Positions 54,078 through 59,771 of a DNA stretch of 59,771 nt are shown one piece after another. This DNA is from an uncultured Desulfatiglans sp. Lineage in GTDB: Bacteria; Desulfobacterota; DSM-4660; Desulfatiglandales; HGW-15. The notes under the pieces were generated by a model. The model was not told the origin of the DNA, made no database searches, and saw only the letters and a program-made list of their open reading frames with translations. Numbering within the stretch: the stretch's first letter is position 1; each line of letters starts with the position of its first letter. The position numbers and the translations under genes are program-made. Location of the stretch: NCBI GenBank assembly GCA_964499695.1, contig CAZCMD010000007.1, positions 1 through 59,771 of the forward strand, in the 5' to 3' direction.

Positions 54078-56249
54078 TTAAACCCTGGCAAGGGCTGCCT
54101 TCACCCTCTCAGGCGTCATGGGCATTTCAAAAAGCCTTGCACCTGTTGCATCAAAGAGACCCGTTGCAATCACTGCACCCATGCCTATAACAGCAGGTTC
54201 GCCTGCGCCATGCGGCGGATCATTATCCTTTTTCAATATCACTGTCTCGATCTTCGGCGCCCATGAAAACCTGGGTATCCTGTAGGTATCAAAATTTTTA
54301 TCCAGTATAACACCATTATTGAATCTTATACCTTCAGAAAGGGCATACCCCATACTCATCATGCATGCCCCCTCCATCTGTATCTTTGTCCCCTGGGGAT
54401 TTATGCAGAGTCCCATGTCATATACACAGACGACCCTTTTCACCCTTATTTCACCTGTTTTTTTATCTACCTCGACCTCGCCTATGTGGGCCACATAGGT
54501 ATCAACATCTATACCGCATGATATGCCAATGCCCCTGCCGCTTAAAGGTTTTGCAGGCTTATAACCAAATTTTTTGGCAGCGGCCTTTAATACCCCGATC
54601 ATCTTTTCATCCTTAAGGTTTTTTAATCTGAACTCAAGCGGGTCAACACCTGCCTTTGCCGCCATCAGGCTTATCTGCATCTCCTTTGCATGAATATTAT
54701 TAGGGACGCCGGGTGCCCGCCAGGGGCCAATCCTGAAGGGATGAGCACCAGGCGGAGGCATCATCCATGTGCCATAAATATTCACCATGTGGTGAGGTAT
54801 ATCATATATAATCTCAGCACCTCCATCACCGGCCATATACACATCATAATTCCAAAAGACAATTTTACCCGAACCATCAATCCCTGATTTTATCTTCACA
54901 ATTGCAGCGGGTCTGAAGGTGTCATAAAAAAATTCCTCCGCCCTGGAAAATGAGACCTGAACGGGCCTGCCTGTGAGCTGGGCAAGCCTTGCTGCCTCAA
55001 GCGCCTCAAGGTTACTATCTGTAGCCAATGTAAGTTTACCGCCAAAGGCCCCTCCCACAAAAGGTGTGATGACCCTCACCCTGTCAGCAGGAAGCTTCAT
55101 ACCCTCGGCAACTGTTCTCTGGATTGCAAACGGAGACTGGGTTGATGCCCAGATGGTGACCTTGCCGTTTTCTATGGTTGCAAGGCTCGTGTGTGTTTCT
55201 ATTGGTGCATGGGCTACATAGGCGCTTGTATAAGTCTCTTCAAAAAGCTCTTTTGCCAGTTTTACCCCCTCCTCAATATCCCCCTTTTTCTCCTTAATCT
55301 GTGGCTGCACAGGGGTCTTAAGAAGGTGCTCATATAAATTTTTATCATTGAGAGATGTACTGGGAAGATCAAATTCGGCCTTTATCATGCTTAAGGCTAT
55401 TCTGGCAATGTCAGGGGCTTCATGCAGGACAGCAATAATATTTTCATCTTCAATAACCTGTACCCCTTCTATCTTTTTTGCCTCGGAAAGATCTGCGCTT
55501 TTCATTAATGCCCCATGTACAGGGGACCTCAGGATGCCTGCATACAGCATGTCAGTGAGCCGGATATCACCGGCATATTGTGCCATACCTGTGACCTTTT
55601 TGTATGCATCCTGATGAAAATATGGTTTACCGATAGACTCAAAACCATCCGGAGATGTAACAGATGGCTTTGTTTGCAGATGTTTTTCTATTATATTTCC
55701 CTTTGCAAGGGTACCGTAGGTGACCTTTGCATCAGCCCTTTTTTTGTCAAAGATAACACCATCTTTTGTTTTAAGTCTCTCAACCGGGCATTTCAGATAC
55801 TCTGCCGCGAGCAGTTTTAATACACCCTTTGCCTCGGCAGCAGCACTTCTGACTTGCACACCTACAATTCGAATTGACATTGAACCGCCTGTACCAATGT
55901 CCCACGGACATGTATCAGTATCGCCCATGACCATGTCCACCCTGTCATATGCAACATCAAGCTCCTCTGCCACCAACTGTGGAAACGATGTAATGGTGCC
56001 CTGCCCCATATCCACCTTGCCAATAAAGCATGTAACCCGTTCGTCAGTGCCTATCCTCAAAAATGCATTAAAATCAGGGGTAGAACCAAACCCAGGTTGT
56101 GCTATCGAACTGCCTGTGTCACCTATGGTGCAGTAGATAATGATGCCTCCCCCGATTAACCCCATTTTTTTCAGGAAGTCGCGCCTGTCATAATCAATAT
56201 CTTTACCGGAAGTGCCTTTCATGAAATCACCTTTTTGATTTTGTTTCAT
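54078..56249 (-). CDS. Molybdopterin-binding large subunit of a xanthine dehydrogenase-family hydroxylase (IorB-like) with a Tat signal
   Basis: A twin-arginine motif RRDFLKKMG is followed by a hydrophobic stretch. 723 aa with the aldehyde oxidase/xanthine dehydrogenase a/b-hammerhead and Mo-binding layout. No FAD subunit is adjacent. Confidence 0.82.
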   Translation of the reverse strand: MKQNQKGDFMKGTSGKDIDYDRRDFLKKMGLIGGGIIIYCTIGDTGSSIAQPGFGSTPDFNAFLRIGTDERVTCFIGKVDMGQGTITSFPQLVAEELDVAYDRVDMVMGDTDTCPWDIGTGGSMSIRIVGVQVRSAAAEAKGVLKLLAAEYLKCPVERLKTKDGVIFDKKRADAKVTYGTLAKGNIIEKHLQTKPSVTSPDGFESIGKPYFHQDAYKKVTGMAQYAGDIRLTDMLYAGILRSPVHGALMKSADLSEAKKIEGVQVIEDENIIAVLHEAPDIARIALSMIKAEFDLPSTSLNDKNLYEHLLKTPVQPQIKEKKGDIEEGVKLAKELFEETYTSAYVAHAPIETHTSLATIENGKVTIWASTQSPFAIQRTVAEGMKLPADRVRVITPFVGGAFGGKLTLATDSNLEALEAARLAQLTGRPVQVSFSRAEEFFYDTFRPAAIVKIKSGIDGSGKIVFWNYDVYMAGDGGAEIIYDIPHHMVNIYGTWMMPPPGAHPFRIGPWRAPGVPNNIHAKEMQISLMAAKAGVDPLEFRLKNLKDEKMIGVLKAAAKKFGYKPAKPLSGRGIGISCGIDVDTYVAHIGEVEVDKKTGEIRVKRVVCVYDMGLCINPQGTKIQMEGACMMSMGYALSEGIRFNNGVILDKNFDTYRIPRFSWAPKIETVILKKDNDPPHGAGEPAVIGMGAVIATGLFDATGARLFEMPMTPERVKAALARV

Positions 56250-56253
56250 GGCA

Positions 56254-56727
56254 TCACCCCTTTTTTATAGTTTTAGCAGCATCGACTATGGCATCTATTA
56301 TCCTGGGATGGGCGCCGCAGCGGCAAAGGTTTCCATCCATGGCATTTACTATATCTTCTTTTTTGACATTGGGGTTTTCTATGAGAATACTGTGGGCCTT
56401 CATGATCATCCCCGGTGTGCAGAACCCGCACTGGAGTGCATCATGATCCACAAAAGCCTTTTGAATGGGATGGAGCTTACCATCCTTTTCAAGTCCTTCA
56501 ATGGTAGTGACCTTTGATCCGGCAACATCCCTTATACGGATCTGACATGACTGTATGGCCTCATTATCCACAAGTACAGTGCATGCCCCGCATAGCCCTT
56601 CGCCGCAACCATATTTTGTCCCGGTAAGGCCAAGCTCGGTCCTGAGTACCCATAGAAGCTTTCTGTCACCTTCAACCTCAAGTGTAACCGGTTTGTCATT
56701 AATAGTGAAGCTGATCTTTTCTTTCAT
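56254..56727 (-). CDS. [2Fe-2S]-binding small subunit of the Mo hydroxylase (IorA/CoxS-like)
   Basis: GCGEGLCGACTV plus CGFCTPG and CRCG cluster motifs, 157 aa. Confidence 0.9.
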   Translation of the reverse strand: MKEKISFTINDKPVTLEVEGDRKLLWVLRTELGLTGTKYGCGEGLCGACTVLVDNEAIQSCQIRIRDVAGSKVTTIEGLEKDGKLHPIQKAFVDHDALQCGFCTPGMIMKAHSILIENPNVKKEDIVNAMDGNLCRCGAHPRIIDAIVDAAKTIKKG

Positions 56728-56805
56728 TTTGTGACTCCCTCCTGGGGTTTGGATGGATATCTATAAAAATGGATTGTAAAGGATTTTTCCTATTTTGCAA
56801 AGCAG

Positions 56806-56843
56806 TAAAAAATAAAGGCCGGTTACAGAGATAATAACCGACC
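56806..56843 (-). terminator. Rho-independent terminator after the MFS transporter gene
   Basis: The minus strand reads GGTCGGTTA-TTATCTCTG-TAACCGGCC followed by TTTATTTTTT. Confidence 0.55.
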
Positions 56844-56858
56844 TTCAGGATGATCTTT

Positions 56859-58229
56859 TTATTGTACCTTTGCTGCTGCCCTTTTAAGTTTATTTGCCTC
56901 CATGATCTTTGCCATATTGGTCTCATTAAGGGAATAAAAAGAGATAATCAAAATGGCAAGAATACCGCAGCCGGCAGGTATATAACATATAATATCTGCA
57001 AGTTTACCTGCAACTTCGCTCGTTACCTCCATACCCGCAACATATCCTATAAAAGAGAGCCCAAAGCCTGCAATTGCCCCGGCAAGAGAAGAGGCTATTT
57101 TTATTGGCAGGGTAAACATAGACATTGTAAAGGCGCTGGCATCCTTGCCTGTTTTATAATAGCCGTATTCAGCAGCATCCATATACATTGCCTGGCGCAT
57201 TGGTCCGGCAGTTCCAAAGATAAAGCTTCCAAGGCAGATAATACCTGTAAAATAATATTCGCTCGATGCCCCGAATGCACGAAGAAGAAGATATGAGGCA
57301 ACACCCCAGGCAGTTGCAACCAGGTATGTCTTTTTCTTTCCCAAAAGATTAATCACCACCGGGGCATATAATGAGGTCACAAAGCTTACAATACTTGTTG
57401 CGAGTGTATGATATGACATCCATCCTTCATTCCGGATTATATATTTTAAAAAGTAGATTGCCATATTCATGAGGCTGAATAAAGCCAACTGGTACATTAC
57501 ATCGGCTGCCATTAAAACCTGGAGCTGCCTGTTTGCAAATACCTGTTTTACTATTTCCCAGAGGGTAATATTAGTAGATGCATCAAGTTTTTTACCGGGA
57601 TCATATTTTTCATAGTCCTTTGTCTGGTAAAAAAGATTCCAGTACCCGAACATCTGGATAACTCCCAGGATTGCAACAGTATAAAAATAACCCCATGAAG
57701 GACTCTGAAGGCTGAAATAATTTAGTAATTTTATTATGACCAGGCTGAAGACAATCTGGCTTGCCATGCCAAACTGGATATTCCTGGCAGATATCCTGAG
57801 CCTCTCCTTAAGCTCTGTTGACATTACCGAGATAAAACCCATGTGCGCATTAAATGCAAAATTAAGGCTGATGTGGCCTATGATAAAGGCGAGGGTCAGA
57901 TATATTATTTTAGCGCCATAGCTTAATGGCAGGTTTGTAAAGGAAAGAGTGAAAAATATAAATGTCGTGATTGGTATAAACAGGAACCATGACCTGAACT
58001 GTCCCCATCGCATCTGGATCTTTTGAATCATAGTGCCGGAGATAAAAATTGAGATGGTGTCAATAGTACCTGCTACAGACATTATAATCCCCATATGAAG
58101 TGGTGATATCATGGCAACATCTGTAAGGAATATAGAATAGTACATCATGCCAAGCGACATCATCAGTGAGAGAGAAAAATTTGCAGCGCCGTAACTGTTA
58201 ACAACTATACCGGGAAGTTTCTTTTCCAC
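56859..58229 (-). CDS. MFS transporter of the glycoside-pentoside-hexuronide (GPH) cation symporter type
   Basis: 456 aa with about 12 TM helices. The N-terminus SYGAANFSLSLMMSLGMMYYSIFLTDV is typical of GPH/MelB-like carriers. GTG start after AAAGGAGAA. Confidence 0.75.
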   Translation of the reverse strand: MEKKLPGIVVNSYGAANFSLSLMMSLGMMYYSIFLTDVAMISPLHMGIIMSVAGTIDTISIFISGTMIQKIQMRWGQFRSWFLFIPITTFIFFTLSFTNLPLSYGAKIIYLTLAFIIGHISLNFAFNAHMGFISVMSTELKERLRISARNIQFGMASQIVFSLVIIKLLNYFSLQSPSWGYFYTVAILGVIQMFGYWNLFYQTKDYEKYDPGKKLDASTNITLWEIVKQVFANRQLQVLMAADVMYQLALFSLMNMAIYFLKYIIRNEGWMSYHTLATSIVSFVTSLYAPVVINLLGKKKTYLVATAWGVASYLLLRAFGASSEYYFTGIICLGSFIFGTAGPMRQAMYMDAAEYGYYKTGKDASAFTMSMFTLPIKIASSLAGAIAGFGLSFIGYVAGMEVTSEVAGKLADIICYIPAGCGILAILIISFYSLNETNMAKIMEANKLKRAAAKVQ

Positions 58230-58269
58230 TTTAGAGTTCTCCTTTAAGACAAATAGTTAAGTATATTCC

Positions 58270-59400
58270 TTAAGCGCCGCATGATTTCCGCACAACAAGA
58301 GCAGGTTTAACCAGGATATCACGCGGAGGCAGCAGGGGGTTTTCTATGCGTTCAAGCATTACCTGCATGGCAATTGTTCCGATATCCGTGCATGGCTGGT
58401 GAATGGTGGTAAGAGAGGGGCTCAGGAGTTCCGCATACCGCACGTCATCAAAGCCTGCAACACGGATCTTCTGTGGTACAGGATACCCTATTGCACCAAG
58501 CGTCCTCATAAGGTTTGCAGCAGTAAGATCATTGGCGCAGATTATGGCTGTTGCACCCTGATCAATAACACCTCTTATAAAATCCTGATCTGCGGGATCA
58601 CCACTGTGTACCCACTTGAGGTCAGGTAAGATCCCGCTGTTTAACAGCGCCTCGCGATAACCTGATATACGCAGGCTTACTGTGGGCGCAGACCCGGGCC
58701 TTGAAAGAAAGTCGATCCGCCTGCATCCCAATTTTATAAGATGGTCTGTTATAAGAAAGCCTGCAAGCCGGTTATCGATACCGACAAGGTCAAGGCCGCT
58801 ACGCTGCGGGAAAGGCACTATATCACGGTCAAGCAGAACAATCGGTATGCCTGCATCCTTCATAGCTGAGATAACCGCCTTATTTATCCTGTCCTTGTCC
58901 TCTGTCAGCTCAAGCGGGGCAAAAAATACACCTGCCACCCTCTGCCTTATATAGCTTTCGCAGACCTGTTCAATCAGCCCGGGATCAGGGTCACTATGTT
59001 TTTCACCAAAATCGCCCCATAAAAGTGTATGGTTATTTTTTTGTGCAAGACGGGCAATCTGCCCGCAGATGGGTTCAAATATCTCTGTACTTCCAAGCCC
59101 TGGTATCAGAAGGCCAAACCGCCATGATTCAACCTGTTTTTGAACCCTGTGCACATATGTGCCTGACCCGACCTTTCTCGTTAAAAGCCCCATATTCTGA
59201 AGATCATGAAGCGCACGGGCAACTGTTGGACGTGATGCCCCGAACTGCCTGACAAGCTCGGCCTCGGATGGAAGGCGGTCACCTTCGTTCAGTTTTCCCG
59301 ATTCAATATCAGACAGGACACTTTCAAAAACCTGCCGGTGTTTGGTCTTGTGATTTTCAGTATCTTCATCTTTAACAGATTGTTTTTGATTTTCAGCCAT
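58270..59400 (-). CDS. GntR-family HTH regulator fused to a LacI/PBP1-type sugar-binding domain
   Basis: N-terminal winged helix (LPSEAELVRQFGASRPTVARALHDLQNMGLL). The C-terminal half is periplasmic-binding-protein-like (VAGFDD, LTTIHQP). Confidence 0.8.
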   Translation of the reverse strand: MAENQKQSVKDEDTENHKTKHRQVFESVLSDIESGKLNEGDRLPSEAELVRQFGASRPTVARALHDLQNMGLLTRKVGSGTYVHRVQKQVESWRFGLLIPGLGSTEIFEPICGQIARLAQKNNHTLLWGDFGEKHSDPDPGLIEQVCESYIRQRVAGVFFAPLELTEDKDRINKAVISAMKDAGIPIVLLDRDIVPFPQRSGLDLVGIDNRLAGFLITDHLIKLGCRRIDFLSRPGSAPTVSLRISGYREALLNSGILPDLKWVHSGDPADQDFIRGVIDQGATAIICANDLTAANLMRTLGAIGYPVPQKIRVAGFDDVRYAELLSPSLTTIHQPCTDIGTIAMQVMLERIENPLLPPRDILVKPALVVRKSCGA

Positions 59401-59771
59401 TTTATCTCCCTGAAAGTGGCTGATACTACCTATTCAATGAAGAAATTGTCAATACAACTTTTCGATTATGGGTCAGGAAGTGTGAAAATAAAATCTGAAA
59501 GTCTGTTGGAATATTTATCTCTCTGATTTAAATACATAATCAGCAAATATAAGTGGTGCATAACATACAGATAAATCAGAGATTATGTTGAATTGCATAT
59601 TACTTTTTATTGACAATAAGCTATCATTTATAGCAAATATGATTTTACATTATTTGAGAAAACTGAAGTTTCAGAGGAAATAAAAAGGTTGGGTATAAAA
59701 CCTAATGTTGTTGAATTAAGGGTCAACTGAAGCTCCTCTCCCTGGATGGGAGAGGTCGGGAGAGGGTGGAA

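Noticed and set aside
55720-56136. 138-aa plus-strand ORF, with several neighbouring ORFs at 54365-55820
   Set aside because: All are antisense to the Mo-hydroxylase large subunit.
56850-57296. 148-aa plus-strand ORF
   Set aside because: It is antisense to the MFS transporter gene and is a Cys-rich shadow frame.
1-59771. CRISPR arrays, rRNA and tRNA genes
   Set aside because: I looked for short, regularly spaced direct repeats and for conserved rRNA/tRNA motifs in all intergenic gaps. The only regularly duplicated sequence is the 311-bp direct repeat pair. The short intergenic repeats are irregular hairpin elements.
59735-59771. CCTCTCCC..GGGAGAGG hairpin repeat at the window edge
   Set aside because: It is cut by the end of the window, so it cannot be delimited or interpreted.

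Overview
This is a 59.8-kb bacterial chromosomal window. The gene content (glutaconyl-CoA decarboxylase, a glycyl radical enzyme, sigma54 regulation, many structured intergenic repeats) fits an anaerobic Desulfobacterales-like deltaproteobacterium, but that taxon is inference only. Layout: (1) 0.3-3.3 kb holds an acyl-CoA dehydrogenase and gcdA. (2) 3.5-11.1 kb holds a lipoprotein with cysteine-rich repeats, coaE, and a minus-strand signalling cluster: a small protein with a CheY-docking-like motif, a REC-PAS-HK-REC-REC-Hpt hybrid kinase, a REC-TPR regulator and a cNMP-binding/PilZ protein. (3) 11.3-23.9 kb is a housekeeping block: manA, a porin, rluB-scpB-scpA-trpS, a DHH-CBS-nucleotidyltransferase fusion, a dksA-family gene, dnaJ, rpoZ and yifB/comM. 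(4) 24.0-24.7 kb is an AbrB/PIN toxin-antitoxin pair. (5) 24.4-38.7 kb is a 13.9-kb insertion bracketed by about 311-bp direct repeats. It carries an IS1182/IS5-type IS, an integrase remnant, a sigma54 activator, a TolC-MFP-RND efflux operon, MarR, MlaEFD and a PagL-like outer membrane protein. (6) 38.6-47.7 kb is an accessory stretch: a tandem MoaF-like protein, two methyltransferases, a class D beta-lactamase, a GNAT, and two tannase-family esterases, one of them frameshifted. (7) 48.0-59.4 kb holds a glycyl radical enzyme (GRE) with an atypical Cys loop, its activase and a membrane-anchored flavodoxin/ferredoxin-like protein. Next to these lie an orphan Phd antitoxin, an SDR, a two-subunit Mo-hydroxylase, a GPH/MFS transporter and a GntR/PBP regulator. 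I found no rRNA, tRNA or CRISPR array. The best candidates for something undescribed are the GRE locus and the repeat-bounded envelope/efflux island. All homology calls come from motif recognition by eye and need HMM or BLAST confirmation.
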